This document shows, in pieces, positions 13,731-27,443 of a stretch of DNA of 64,000 nucleotides. The DNA is taken from contig NC_045696.1 in assembly GCF_009834535.1 (NCBI RefSeq), positions 121,832,001 to 121,896,000 of the forward strand, written 5' to 3'. This DNA comes from Camelus ferus (lineage: Eukaryota). Numbering within the stretch: the stretch's first letter is position 1; each line of letters starts with the position of its first letter. The position numbers and the translations under genes are program-made. The notes under the pieces were generated by a model. It saw only the letters and a list, made by a program, of their open reading frames with translations. It was not told the origin of the DNA and searched no databases.

Positions 13731-14247
13731 TAGTATTGTTACTGAGTTCCAACTTGTTCTGCTCGCTGCACAACAGGCCAATAAATTAGAGAGGAGGTGT
13801 TGGGGCAAGGAAAAGCGACTTTATTCAGAAAGCGGGCAGACCAAGAGGACGGCGGACTAATGTCTTGGAGAACCATCCTCCAGTCAGAATACAGGCTCCT
13901 TTAATACAAAAAACAGGGGAGGGAGTGTGGTTTGTTGCTGCAAACTTCTTGCTGCAGGAATTCTTTGTTCTTGCAGCTGTCCATGTAGGTCAGGCCATGG
14001 TGTCCCTGCAAACCTCCAACAAAACAAAGGTTATTCTCTTATCTTGCAACTTGTGTTTCTATCTAAGTGCAGAAGTGCTAACATCCTTCAAGGTCAGAGC
14101 TCCCAGAATAGGCTCTCCTGTGTATTTCAGGCTAAAGGCAACATTGTTTCATAAAAGGTGCAGAGCTGGCAAGAGTAGAAAACAGGGCACAATGGTCAAA
14201 ACTAAAGGAACAGATCCAGTATGGAGCCGGATCTGTTCTCTGTTACA
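13731..14247 (-). mobile_element. ERV-type solo LTR
   Basis: tgttactgag...tgttaca ends and a reverse AATAAA at ~13820. Possible TSD AATGG (13726-13730 / 14248-14252). Confidence 0.7.
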
Positions 14248-16779
14248 AATGGACGCTGAGGGATATTTAGGAGAAGTTCGGGACAGCTCATTGATTTGAT
14301 ATGGGGGGTGGGGTGCAGGCAAAGAGACCAAGACGATCCCTGGGCTCCCTTCTGATTGGGAAGACAGCTTTGTCTGGACTGTTTGAATTTGAGGTGGCCT
14401 GTGCGACCTCCAGGAGGGGACCCTGGGCTGAGGGTACTTGGCATTCAGGGTCACTTGACATCTGCAATCTTTACCTTTTCTATTTGTTTCTTTTCTATAT
14501 GTAAGAAATGAATTTTCCTAAACCTTGATACTTTTCAACCTAGTGTCCCACTGTTCTCTGTCTCATCAGAAGCTTCCTGAAAGAGTGCCAGCGCCCCTCT
14601 CTATCCTGTGCCCCATCACGCTCTGACACTAGCCGTGGGCTCTTGCCACAGCCTCCAGTGGCCTCCTCCTGTGCCTTCCCCCTCCCCCAATTATTTGAGA
14701 GTCCCAAGCTCACCCTCCCCCTGGCATTCACCTGCCAACCCACTCCAGCCTCCACATCCCCACCCCGTCCTGACTCCCGCCCTCCTTTTCAAACCCCCCA
14801 TCCTCCTCCCCTAACAATCCTCACTCTGTCTCTAGAGAGCATTTCCAGTGATTTTCTTTGCAGAGGACATGCTCTCTCTGGTCCAGTCCCTCTGGGTGAC
14901 CCCTGAGTCCCTGACACATATAAGAGCTGCCTGGCTGCCCTGGACCTCAAACCCACTGTGTCGCCGCTCTCCAGGGTCCAAGTTTGCCTTTGAAAAGCAA
15001 ATGTCACTCGCGTGGTCACCACCATCTACACCCGTGCAGCCTTCATCCATTTCCTCAACCCCTGGGGCTGTGAAGTTGGGGCAGTTTCACAGAACAGTGC
15101 AGTGGAGAAAGGCCCCTGGGGGGCTGGACAGCCTTTGGAAAACAAGTTAACCCAGCGGCAGTCATGACCCTGCCCCACCTGCCTCAATGTACCTCCCCTG
15201 ACCACTCAGAGGGAAACATCCTGATTGAACTATTGTCTTAATACTTCCTTCAACAGAGGCAGTCTGTGCCGACTGAGTCTCCCCAGATGCCTGCAGCTGC
15301 CAGAATCCCGTGACCCTGCAGGTGGTCTGGTCCTTCCTTGAGTCCAAGTACGCCTGTGACTAGACCTGAATTCACCTGCTACCTCTGGTCCTTCCACAAC
15401 CCCTCTCTCCTCTGCGCTCTGTCTAGCTCTCCTGGGTAGATAGCTCAGAAGCAACAAGGTAGCTAGTCAGTGTTTGCAGTATCTTAACGTCAGAGAACAT
15501 CCAGAAACCACACACACGTGCACCAGAATTAGGATTTGTTTTAGCAATTGAGAGACTGATTCTAAAATTCTAAAATGTGGAAGTGAAAATTTCAGGAAGA
15601 GCCAAGATGAACAAGAACCAGCAGTGGACATTGCCCTCCTAGGTATTAAGACTTTTTATAAAGCTGTGGGTGGTCACCTGATGTGGTACCATTGGAGGCC
15701 GAGAAACAAACCAGACAGGTCAATGTGTACGGCCTTTAGCACCTAGCATGAGGGCCCTGCAGATTGGGAGGAGAGGCAGAGGAAACTGTCCACATGTAGA
15801 ACACTGGCTCGAAGTCTTTGCAAAATAATCTCAAGATGGACTCAAATTTAAGTTAATTATGATCAAATATAGGGAAACCCTATGTTATCAAGTTAGGGAG
15901 GGATCATCTAAACATTTCAAAGAGCAGAAATCATAAAAAGTGTGATAAATGTGATTATATTCAAATAAAAAAAATTTTGCATGTCCATAACATAAACCAA
16001 GTTAAAGCACAGCCCACACACGTGTGGGCATGTTTGCAGCATAACTGCCGCGCACAGATGATTCGCATCCAGTGGCTATAAGTACCAGGAGTTAAGCAAA
16101 GACTGGAGCTGAGAAAACCCAAGTGGCCCACGAGTGATGTCGATGTGGATGATCTCTGAGCACCCACATACTTTGTCCTGTTTTCTCCTCACACGACACT
16201 CAGTGTGGGCACACTAAAACCTTCCTTTATGCCTGTAAAGAGGCAGTGCTCTTTGGAGACACACAGGTGAGTTGCTTTTTTCCTAAGCAGCTTCTGTTTC
16301 CCTCCCTGGGCTGGCGTAGCGCTGCCTGGCAGCCCTGGGCCCTGGGGTGGAAGAATGTCCCAGCCAGGCGCTTTTACAGATTCCAGCGGTGAGCCTTGCC
16401 AAGCTGGCGCTGGTCTCTGCTGGTGTAACTGTCAGAGAAGCAGTGCTGAGCGGGGAGGGTCTGGAGAAATGGGAAGGAATTTGGGGGCAAGTGGAAAGGC
16501 AGAGGAAGAGACACGACTGAGGGTTGCAAAGGTGCAGGAATGAGGGGACTTGGTGGTTGGGCAAAGGATCCGAGGAGAATCTGGAAAAACACCACTGATA
16601 AAAATCAAAGTATTTATACCCCCGACAGATACAGGTCATTTCCTAAACCTGCATAAAAAGAGCAAAGACAAATGGGTCAGGAAAGGAAAAGGCCAACAGA
16701 AAAACAGGCAAAATGATGTGAGTCAAAACTAAAAACAAAACAAAAAACACATACGTCCCCCTTTCACTTAACCCGATGG

Positions 16780-17460
16780 GTCCAAATCCCAGATTTCCAT
16801 GGTGCTTGCAGAAAGCAGTGCTCCCTCTGGCTCTGGGGGCCGGAAGTCTAGACAGGAAGCCGATTCCCTGAGAATCCCGAGGACACCGGCCACCATCTCC
16901 TGCTTCCCCATGTGCTGTGGAGAAGTAGGACCCCTAGGCTCCGTGGCGGGAAACTTTGTGGGGGAGTTTGTTCTCAGGAAGTTTCTAGGGTCGAGTCTCT
17001 GCAGTGAGCTGAGTATGTCCTGTGCGCCTGACAGGTCAGGCTCACCCACCCACCATGCGCAGCACACTGAAGCCTTTTAATGTGGGAACACACATCCTTC
17101 CATTCTGAGAAATACTCTTGAATGATTTTATTGATACATAACTCCTCTCCATTCCTCTGTCCACCACTGTCCTGTTGGAGAGGTGGCATTGCTCTTCCAA
17201 TTTCATTTTTTTTTCCTTAGCTTTTCTTTTTATTCTCTTTTGGGCAGTGTTTTCTGGTGATGCAATGGAATTATTTCTGTTATATTTTTAATTTCTGAGG
17301 TATCTTTTATTTGCTGGGTGTTTTCTTTGTGAGGCATCCTAATATTTCATCATTATTCCCTGAAGACATATTTCAGGTTCTCTGATGTTTTCTTCTACCT
17401 TCACAACCTGTTTGCTGCATTTTGTGTGTGTTTCAGTCTCTCTCTTTCATGTGATATGAA
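16780..17460 (-). mobile_element. Old L1/HAL1-like fragment
   Basis: T-rich stretch resembling reverse L1 ORF1; boundaries approximate. Confidence 0.4.
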
Positions 17461-18110
17461 ATTTTGCTGTCGCCTAAGAACTCTGCATCTGTAGGTGGGG
17501 CTCATTTCCTGTGGGACAGACTGGGCTGTTAATAGGTCAGTGCCAAGTCTGATGCTCTGGGGAGGTGTCCTGTCTCCTCCTGGGGCGTGGTCCTGGCTGC
17601 AGCATTCACGGACTGCAGGGAGACACCTGGACTCTGTGTCCAGTATGTAAATCTCCCTGTACCCACCATGCATGTCAACAGTTAGAACATCCTAGCCCCT
17701 CAAAGCCCCTCACAAGCCTCCCATGAGTATCCCCACCCTCTTCAAGGGCCATCAGCTATCTTAAAAATATCCCATAACTGAGTTAAAAAAAAAGCTAATC
17801 AAGGAATTCAACACATTTATTTTGATTATGCTAAATTGAAACTTGAACTGTATCACTTTTAGACTATTATGTTTTTCTTTTATTTTCTTTTTATAAATTC
17901 AATTTATGCTGCTTTTATTGACTCACTTTATTGGAAATACTAAGACAGAGGGAAAAGACATTTCATTATTCACAATATGAATTATATGTGATCCCCCATT
18001 CATAACGAACATCACTTGCCCTGTCGTCATTGCCCCGCCCCCACAATGTGTTACTCTTCCCATCATCATAGTCCTGCGCTTTATAAAATCTCAGAAAAAG
18101 ATGCTAGTGT

Positions 18111-18557
18111 GAGCACACCTTGGAGTCATTGCGGGTTTGGTTCCAGGCCACCACAGTGAAACAAATATTGCAATAAAGCATCGTGAATTTTTTGGTTTCC
18201 CAGTGCACATAAAAGTTATATTTACACTATAGTCTATTAAATGCACAGTAGCATTATGTCCAAAAAAAAATGTATATACCTTAATTAAAAATACTTTATT
18301 TCTAAAAAATGCTAATCATCTGAGCATTCAGTGAGTTGTAGCAGCAACAAAGATTACAGATTACAGATCACCAGAACAAATACAATAATCACAAAGTTAG
18401 ATATGTTGTGAGACTTAACAAAATGAAGTCGGCACATGTTGGGAAAATTGTGCTGATAAACTTGCCCAGTGCAGGATTGCCACAAATCTTCAATTTGTTA
18501 AAAATTCATTATCTGTGAAGCACAATAAGTAACGTATAATAAAATGCAGTATGCCTG
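18111..18557 (-). mobile_element. Internally deleted Tigger1-type DNA transposon
   Basis: Left end cacaccttggag...gcgggtttggttccaggccaccac and right end ataaaatgcagtatgcctg match the Tigger1 termini. Confidence 0.8.
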
Positions 18558-18899
18558 TTTTATTTCAATAACTTCAACATTTTAATTTATCCTCCCCATC
18601 TTATTTTTCACCAGTCCTTCATGCTTCTTAGACTGTCCTGCTGGAATAATATTTCTTGTTTCATCTTTTAGAATTTCCTTAACTCAGGCCTCAGCAATAA
18701 ATACATTTTATGTTCATCTGTAAATTGCTTCATCTCCCTTCTTAAAAGATTTTTTAAAAAAACTGTGTACATAACTATCAGTTGACAGTTATTTTCTCTA
18801 AAATATTCAAAACTAGTATCCCACCCAAGTTTAATTGATGGTGAGAGATGGTTTCAATCATTGTTGAGAAATATTCTGTCAATCAAATTGTTTTTCTTC

Positions 18900-19308
18900 T
18901 GTGTGTTGTCTAAGGGTTCACCAGAGAAATAGACCTAATGGGGGGGGGTGAGAGAGAATGAGAGAGAGATTTTAAGAAATGGGCTCACATGAATGTGTCT
19001 GGCAAATCCAAATTCTGCAGGGTGGGTCAGCAGGCTGAAGAACCAGGGAAGAGTTAAGGCTGCATCTTGAATTTAAAGCCACCTGGAGGGAGAAGTTCTT
19101 ATTCATGGGACTCCACAGTCTTTTCTCTTAAGATCTTCAACTGATTGGATGAGGCCCACCCACATAGAGGGCCATCTGCATTACTCAAAATCTACTGATT
19201 TAAATGTAGTTTTCATCTAAAGAAAACCTTCATAGTGACATCAAGATTGATGTTGGACCAAATAGGCACTGTGGCCCATCAAAGTTGACACATAAAATTA
19301 ACTATCAC
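18900..19308 (-). mobile_element. MLT2 (ERVL) LTR
   Basis: Ends aagttgacacataaaattaactatcaca (the reverse of the MLT2 start) and has an internal GA run. Confidence 0.8.
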
Positions 19309-19776
19309 ATATGTGACATATAGTTTTTCTGATTGTCTTTAATTTGAAATGAAATCAGTTCCTAGAGAAGAGATTTTAAAAGCACACCATCCCAAGAGAA
19401 AACATTTACAGAATTCTCTGAGAAAGACAAACAACTGACTAGAAAACATAGGGACATATGTTCAACAGAACTATCAATGAAAGAAATGCACATTTAAAAC
19501 AATGATTTTTCATATCACCTTTCAATTTGGTAGATACTTTAAAAGACAGTATAACACTAGCAAAGCCACAGTGAGATCCCACTTGGATACTTCGCTTGGG
19601 AATTTGTACCAAGCTTGGTAACACATAACAGGGACCATAAAGTGCTAACATCCTTCCATCCAGTAAAATAACTTCTAGAGCTCTACCTAACAAAACTGGC
19701 AGACGTGGGCACAGAGCATTTTGTACCAAGCTTATGATCACAGTGTCATTATAATGATGAAAAATTGGGAACACAC

Positions 19777-20297
19777 TGGTGGACGGAATTCTAAAGCTGC
19801 TCCCTGAAGATTCCATGTCCCCTAATCTCCAAACCTGTGAATGGGATGAGATAGCACTCCCACCCCAAGTCATGCAATTGGTTATGTTACCTGGGACACT
19901 GGACCAAACAAAACCCCTTAAAAGTGGGCAACTGTCTCTCTGGCTGGTGGCAGAAGAGGAAGACAAAGGGGTTTGAAGCATGATTAGGTCCTGTTGCACT
20001 GTTGAAGGCTGAAGACGGAGGAGGCCACATAAACACACGTGGCCTTTGGGAACTGAGAGCAGCCCTCAGCCAATAGCCAGTGACGAAATGGGGCCCCGAG
20101 TCCTACAACCATAAGGAACGGGGTTCTTCCATTCTTCCATTCTTCTCAGGTGCCCCAGATGAGACCTGCTTTGTTCTCACTAGGAGAGATCCCGGGCAGA
20201 CGCCCAGCTGAGCCACCAGAGCTGAGATAATAAATGCGTTGCTGTGAGCTGCTGAATTTGTGGTCATTTGTTATGCAGCAATAGAAAACTAAAACAC
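19777..20297 (+). mobile_element. MLT1 (MaLR) LTR
   Basis: Ends tttgtggtcatttgttatgcagcaatagaaaactaaaaca. Confidence 0.8.
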
Positions 20298-20602
20298 AGA
20301 GGAACTAAGATACACTAGAACACAAAACAAACATCCAGCAATGGGGAAATTTGAACATGTACGTCCACACATTTTCATGAAACCATCGCAGGCAGTCTCC
20401 TCAGATCAGGTTTCTAATCCACACTTCACGATGGGTGGGAATCCTTGGGCTCTGTGGATGTAAAATACACACACTGCATAAATACAATCTTTATGTTAGG
20501 CAAATGATGTCTTATTTAAATAAAGATTACAGATAACTTTTCACTTTAAGTTAAATTGAAACTGCACCACTTAGGTGTAGATTGACACACTGTCTGTGCT
20601 AT

Positions 20603-20925
20603 TTAAAAAAAAAAAGACAAATGAACTTATTTACAAAGCAGAAACAGTCACAGAAGTAGAAAACAAACTTACGGTTCCCGGGGGAGGGGGGGTGGGAAGG
20701 GGTCAACTGAGATTTTGAGATTTGCAGGTACTAATTATTATATAAAAATAGATGACAAGTTTATACTGTATAGCACAGGGAAATATAGGCAGTATCTTAG
20801 AGTAACCTATAATGAAAAAGAATACAAAAATGAATACATGGGTGTGTATGTATGACTGCACTGCTATGCTATACACAGAAATTGACATAACATTGTAAAC
20901 TGAGTATACTTCAATAAAAAAACAA
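20603..20925 (+). mobile_element. Short L1 3'UTR insertion
   Basis: acaaatgaacttatttacaaagcagaaacag...tatacttcaataaaaaaa. Confidence 0.8.
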
Positions 20926-21008
20926 ATATATATAAAATTGCAATGTGCTTGGTTGATTGGTTGAAAAAAATCTGTATAAAATGCTCTGGAAATAGTTGGA
21001 GAAATTTG

Positions 21009-21159
21009 GGGGGAGGGTATATAGTTCAGTGGTAGAGTGTGTGCTTAACATGCACAAGGTCCCAGGTTTGATCCCCAGTACTTTTGTTTAATAAGTAAAT
21101 AAACAAAAATAAATCTAATTGCCTCTCTCCCCCACCAAAAAAAAGTTTCATACTTAAAA
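21009..21159 (+). mobile_element. tRNA-derived SINE (Vic-1-like) with 19-bp TSD
   Basis: A/B-box head tagttcagtggtagag...ggtttgatcccc. TSD aaatagttg(g/c)agaaatttg at 20990-21008 and 21160-21178. Confidence 0.88.
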
Positions 21160-23944
21160 AAATAGTTGCAGAAATTTGAATGTGGAATATATATATATAT
21201 CATATGGATATACATATGATAAAATTATTATTTTTTAGGTCTAAAGCTGATAGTACAATTATACAAAGTCTTCATTCTTGAGGGATGCCAAGTTGGAACT
21301 AAAAAAATTTAGACGTGAACTGCCATGTTTGTATTTATTTTCCAATGATGTAGCCAAAAAAAAATTACGTATTTTTATAGTGCTTTATATACACACATAC
21401 AAAGAGAGAAGAGGGAAAAAACAAGTGTAGCAGAATATTAACAAGGGTTAATCTAGCTGAAAGGCGTACAGGTGTTCATGGAACACTTCTCTCATCTTCT
21501 CTGTAGATTTGGAAAACTTCATAATAAAAGTTGGAGAAATGAAAAAAAAAAAACAAACCTGCACCAGGAAAAAAATGCGTTTCCTTTCCTCAGATGTTTT
21601 AAAACTGTATTTTCTGCAAAACATACAGGTTTGCATACACACAAGTCAAGGAAATACTTTATTCCAAATGGTGGTACAAGTCACCCTTGTGCTGGCCTCT
21701 AAATAAGACCATTGTAATTTCCCCAGGGTATTGTTGCAGATTGATCATTTCCCCCAAAGACACCCGTTCATTTGGAAATCTTGCAGTTCATTTTCCAACC
21801 TGAGCTGGCAGTACCCGGTGTCCCGAGTGCCTCAGTCTGAGAGGGCCCCCTCAGGTTCATTCTCAGCTTCTCCGGGGCCAGCCCTTCTCTGAGGACACAG
21901 GCAGCTGCTGGCAGCCAGGTGGACTCTGTTCCCTGTGTGTGTCCCCGCGCACGGGCAGCAGACTCATCGGCACAGGCTTGTTCCTTCCCAGTCTGCTTCC
22001 TGCCAGCAGCGTCCCGTGCATGGAACAATCAGTGCTGTTTCATTTGTGAAATATTCTCAAGAATTACACTCTAAACTTCAATTAGATGGTGTATGGATAC
22101 TTGCATATACTCCAGTTGTATGACTTTAAGAATCTCCTTTGTTAATGCACAGGAGAGAAAACAACATAAATGTCTAGGAAATTATCTCTAGCATAAAACC
22201 TTCTCCCGAGCACCTATAATTCCCACTCTTTCAGGAAGAAGCTTTCCCAAAGCCCCTACATTATTTTACTTTCTCCCTGGACTCATTCTGAATCTGAATT
22301 TTTGAAAGGGTGAAAACAAATAGAGATAAAAGTCACTAGATTACACCTCTGAATCACTTTGCATCAGTCTGTGGAAACAGTTCTCGTGAAAACAGTTTAT
22401 TTTTAATAAAGATGAGAAAGAGTTACACTGAATTTGCGTCTCCATGTTATGCAATTATAGGCAGTTTTTCTGCGTCTTTATACTTTTATTTTTTATTTGA
22501 ACAATTAAACTTATTTTTACAATTTGATAATTGTTACAAAGGAAAAAGAACAAGTTGAATAGTCAGCTTATAAAGGAGGAACTAGCTCATAAAACTTAAA
22601 TGTTTAAACACACTACACAGTAAATCAGTTCTTTGCACATACATAAGAACATAAGCAGATGAAATCTGAAGCAACTATCCCAATAATTACAGCCCAGCCT
22701 GCACCTAACCCTTCTTGTGAGGAATCTCTTCATTCCTTCTTTATTCAAAACCTCCACACACATGCACGCTCTTCTGGGGGCAGCCAGCTCTGACCTTGAA
22801 TGCCTTCCACCCACCCCGCAGCTTCAGAGTAAGACCTTCCCCTCCCCTAGACTTTGCCTTGACCTTGCCTGCCCTTGGGATCTGCCATGTCCTGTTGGTT
22901 CATTCCGGCCTGAGACTCTGTTTAGGGGGCCCTGTCTGATTCTCCTCTAGCCGTAGGCTTTATCTGCATCCCTGAGAAAAGCCAGGTCACCGGTGATGGG
23001 CCTGGAGGAGGGGCTGTGGAAGCACAGGATGGCACTGGGAACATAAGCATTCTTTGGTTTTTAGAAGAAGAAAATTAAACATCTTTTGATAAACTAGGAG
23101 GCGAAAGCATTTACAAGAATAATATCTAGCTCCGTGTTTATAACCATAACATGTCCACAAACAGACGTGTCCCAGAGATGTCGGGACCCGGGAGGTTGAC
23201 GCTGGGTTTTTTTCATTGACTGAAGCACCTGGGCGCCCTGTTCCTTTTCCCTTACAGTATAAGGGTCATAGCTACCTCCTCCTCCTTTTTGGTGGGATAC
23301 TTAAGCAGTGAGCTCAGCTCTGGAGACTGATGGGGCAGGAGAGTCCCATGACACCGCAGGGGGGTTCTCAGCCTCCCCAACCCCCCACTAAACAAACCAG
23401 CACCCACAAACTCCAAGAACAACCTCCAGTTGAGAGCCACTGTTTTGGCCTTCCTGGAGTGGCATTCTAAGCCTGCCTGGTGTGAAGGACCAGTCCTCTC
23501 CAGCTGGGGGGGGGGGCTGTCTAGCTCCCTGTGTCTACCTGCAGAACTCAGTCCTGCTGCCTATGCTGTATCATCCTAGCATCTCGGGCTCCGCTACCTG
23601 TGCTGGGGAAGAAGGCAAGGTGGGTGGAGTTACATCTCATCTCTGGGTACCCCCAGGGTGACACTGGGGCATCCACCTCACCTGTCTGCACCTGCTCCCT
23701 CCATCCCCTCCTCCCAGTTGGCCCCTCTGAGCCACATTTAGGATCTGAGTAACAAGATCATCAACCAGTTCTTTCCATCCAACCCAGGAGGCACAATGGA
23801 GGTCAAGGACAGACCCAGGGCAAGTCCTGAGGAAGAGGTAGGATGTACAGACAGATGGATGTATGGATGGACAAATGAGTAAGTCAGGCCATGGCAGAAG
23901 CTCCTGAGCACAGTGTTGTCCTGGTCCCAGGGCTGGGCATTCAC

Positions 23945-24028
23945 TCAGTTGTCGATGGTGAGTTCATGTTGCGTGGCCTCCTCGATGTTCTGAAGCTGAC
24001 GGATTTCCCACTCCCTCACTCGCTCCAT
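23945..24028 (-). CDS. CCDC201: CCDC201 terminal coding exon 3 (MERVREWEIRQLQNIEEATQHELTIDN*)
   Basis: Acceptor tttaaacag| followed by 84 nt ending in TGA. Matches the conserved C-terminal motif MERVRxWE...LQNIEEATQHELTI. Confidence 0.9.
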   Translation of the reverse strand: MERVREWEIRQLQNIEEATQHELTIDN

Positions 24029-25399
24029 CTGTTTAAAAGAAAGGCCTCTCTGAGGTCTGCTCTGCTGGAGCACCTGCCTTTGCCAGAGACAAGCTGCGTA
24101 GGAAGAGCAGACGCCCATCCAGGGCTGTAGACTCTCACACAGGTTGGCTCTTGGGCACCATCCAGGCCTCACAAACGAGAGTCCGCCTGGCCAGTCTCCA
24201 AGGCTCTGCCTCCTCGTGCCCCACCATGATCCCATGATGGGCCTGGCAGCTGCTCAGAGGGCCGGATGCTGGTGTGAGGACAGGCAGCTTTGTGAGCAGA
24301 TGTAGTTAGGACCCCAGGATCTGGGTCTGACAAGGGCACGGAGAGGTCACTGGGGTGGGGAGAGGAACAAGGAGGGGCCAGCCAGGTGGCGGCTGGAAAT
24401 GTGAGGGGTGGGGTGGGCACCTGCGGATGGAGTGTCTGCCTGAGGCTGTCTAGAGAGGGATTTTCCCACTGTGTCCTCCAGGGGCTCTTCCAGGGCTGCT
24501 CGGGGGCAGCCGAGGGAGGGACTAACGCAGGACAGCGTGGGGAGGGTGGGAGTGGGATGACTCAAGCTGGTGAACAAGGCAGAGGCTCATAGAGACTGGT
24601 GGGGGGTGGGGTTCAGGTGGCTTAGCCAGATCGGGTTGGCTCAGGTGTGGAGATGGAAGGAAAGGCGGCTGGGGTCTGCCGGCCACTGATGGCAGGCCTG
24701 CTGTGGAGCAGGGTCCACCAAACACCCCAAAAGTGTAAAAACAGAAGCAAGCCCCATCGCCCATCCAGGGGCAAGATGAGGAGCAGGAGAGCCTGGCACC
24801 GTGGAGGAGTCATGTGCCTGTCCCAGTGATAGAGAAAGATGGTATCTGCCTGCACGGAGGGGCCCTGCTGCCTCAGGGAACCCAGGCTCAGCTGAGGGCA
24901 TGTGGGGTTTGTTGCAATCTCCCCTCCCCCCTAAAAAGCCCTACAGTGAGACCTGCAGTCCCATTCTCTTCTTCAGCTCCAGAATATTCCAGCCCGGCTC
25001 ATGCCTCTCCTGGCAGCAGGTGGGAATGTTAGACCGTAGGGAAACTGACCAGAGAAAGGAAGCAAGTTCCTGTAAGAGGAGGCAGCTGAGGCCTCGGGCA
25101 GCCCCTGGCGGACAGGTCCCACCCGGCAATGCACAGGGAACTTCTGATCCGCTGGTGAGTCCTTGCTCCTAACTCTCACCAGGCACAGCCTCCAGCCCAG
25201 CGAGATGTGGAGGGTGGGATTAGAAAACCCACCCTATGAGCAATGGCCCCAGAAAGTCAAGAGAAGCCAAGCGAAGGGGGTCTAAAGGCCAGCAAAGCAA
25301 ACTTATGGGAATGAGGGAGATCCCGGGGAGTCAGGCTGTCTGGCAGCAGGTAACCTTGCAGGTAGAACGTGCTCTGAAGAAGCAGGGAGAAAAAGTAAG

Positions 25400-26375
25400 A
25401 GAGGAAAGAGAAAGCCACTAGGTGTTGGAGATGACACAAATCAATGGAAAGATATTCTGTGCTCATGGATTGGAAGAATTAATGCTATTAAAATGTCCAT
25501 GCTACCGAAAGCCATCTACAGACTCAGTGCAATCCCTACCGAAATTCCAATGGCAAAGTTTTTTAAAACAAAAACAGATCCTAAAATTACAAACAATCCT
25601 AAAATTCATATGGAACCCAAATAGCCAAAGCAATCTTGAGAAAGAACAAAGCTGGAGGCATGATGAGTCCTCATTTCAAAGAATATTACAAAGCTACAGT
25701 AATCAAAACAGTCTGGTATTGACATAAAGAGACCCACAGAGCAAAGGAACAGAATAGAGAAGCCAGAAATAAACCCATGCGTATATTATCAATTAATTTA
25801 TAACAAAGGGACCTAAAATATACAATGAGGAAAGGACAGTCTCTTCAATAAATGCTGTTGAGAAAACTGAATAGGCACATGCAAAATAATCTAACTGAAC
25901 CACTATTTTACACCAGACACAGAAATTCACTCAAAAATGGAGGGTGTCGGGGATATAGCTCAGTGGTAGAGCATATGCTTAATGTGCATGAGGTCCTGGG
26001 TTCAATCCCCAGTCACTTCATAGGAAAAAAAAAAAAAGGATTAAAAACATAAGACCTAAAATCATAAAACTCCTAGAAGAAAATATGTGAGTAAGCTCCT
26101 TGACAGTGGTCTTTCTGATGATTTTTGTTTTTAATTTGACACCAAAGCAAAGGTAACAAAAGTAAAAATAAACATAAAACTAAAATGCTTCTGCTCAGCA
26201 CAGGAAACCACCAACAAAATGAAAGGCAGCCTATGAAATGGGGGAGAGTATTTGCAAATCACATGTTGGATAAACAGTTAATATCCAAAATAGATAAGAA
26301 TTCATATGACTCAATAGCCAAAAAGCACACAAAACAATTTAGAAGTGGGCAGAGGGTCTAGATAGACCTATGTGA
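25400..26375 (+). mobile_element. L1 ORF2 fragment in CCDC201 intron 2
   Basis: Degenerate WKDILCSWIGRINAIKMSMLPKAIYR; interrupted by a SINE. Confidence 0.85.
25942..26035 (+). mobile_element. tRNA-derived SINE nested in L1
   Basis: tagctcagtggtagagc...gggttcaatcccc plus an A tail, with an approximate aaaaa(t/a)gga duplication. Confidence 0.85.
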
Positions 26376-26960
26376 GAGGCAAGGCAGAAGTGTCCCCAGT
26401 AGTGCCTGTTCCTGAGAAGCTCCTGGAACATGAGGTCACCAGAAAGACTGGCGGAGGGGCTGGGAAGCAGAGCCCGCAGCAGGAAGGGGCCGGGGTCCTC
26501 CACCCCCTGGGACTCCGAGCCAGCCAGAACAGGGGGGCAGGTGGACACCACAGGGGCTTGGACCTGAGAAATGAGGACAAAGCAAGGGGCTTTCCAGGGA
26601 CTCCCTTCCACGTCCTGCCCATCCCTAGAGCACCGGGAAGGTTTACAGAGTATGCTAAGGGGTCTGGGGAGCTCATGGGAACTTGGGAGGCACATATTTT
26701 ATGGCACAAGCAAAGGTCTCTCACATGGGGTCACAGGGACCCCTCAGAGATGGGGAAGGGTGGGGTAGAGACAGGGCCCCGAGCTGGATGATGTGCTCCA
26801 GTCCCAGCGACACCATGATGCCCAGGCCAAGGGCCCACCAGTGAGGAAAGGGCAGCTCTTGGTCTCTCAGTTGTCACTAGGCTACTTCCTGACAGGGCCT
26901 TGGGCAGGGACCCAGAGCTCCAGAGGGACAGGACAGGTCAGGGTCAGGGTCAGGTCCTAC

Positions 26961-27443
26961 CGCAGCAGCCAGCTTCTTCAGGTCCCGTCGCCTCCTCCTG
27001 GCCGTGTTTGGGATCCCGGGCAATCCCAGGTTTGGTCCTTGTCTCCTTGTCCTGGGGGCCTTGCCCTGCTGCTGCTTCTGCTTTTGCCCGGTGGTCGAGG
27101 CTGGCATGGGCGGGTCTTCCTTAGGAGGCCAGGGGTCTGAGTAGGACCCTTGCTGTTCACTGGACACCTCAGAGTCCTGGATGGTGGAGAGCTGCCTCTT
27201 CCTTATGGGGCCCATGGGGCTGAGCCCTGCCAGGGAAGATGAGAGGTCCCAGGAGGAGTGTGCAGGCAGTGGGGACCCACCAGCAGGGCCCTCTTCCTGG
27301 TGGGAGGGGACATGGCCTGGTGTTTCCATGCGCCAGCTGAGGGTAGCTCCCTCTGGGGTGCTGTGCTTTGGGACATTTCTCAAGGATGGCCGTCTGGTCA
27401 CTGAAGAAATGCTCTCATCTTCAGAGGAGCTCAACCTAGGAAC
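26961..27443 (-). CDS. CCDC201: CCDC201 coding exon 2 (VPRLSSSEDE...KHSTPE...NLGLPGIPNTARRRRRDLKKLAAA), 161 codons
   Basis: Acceptor ttttgacag| and donor GCG|GTAGGA bound 483 open nt. Motifs SSSEDE, KHSTPE, RKRxLST, GLPGI and RRDxKK match CCDC201. Confidence 0.88.

Noticed and set aside
19439..20038. 199-aa minus-strand ORF
   Set aside because: It overlaps MLT1 and old L1-like sequence and has no recognisable domain.
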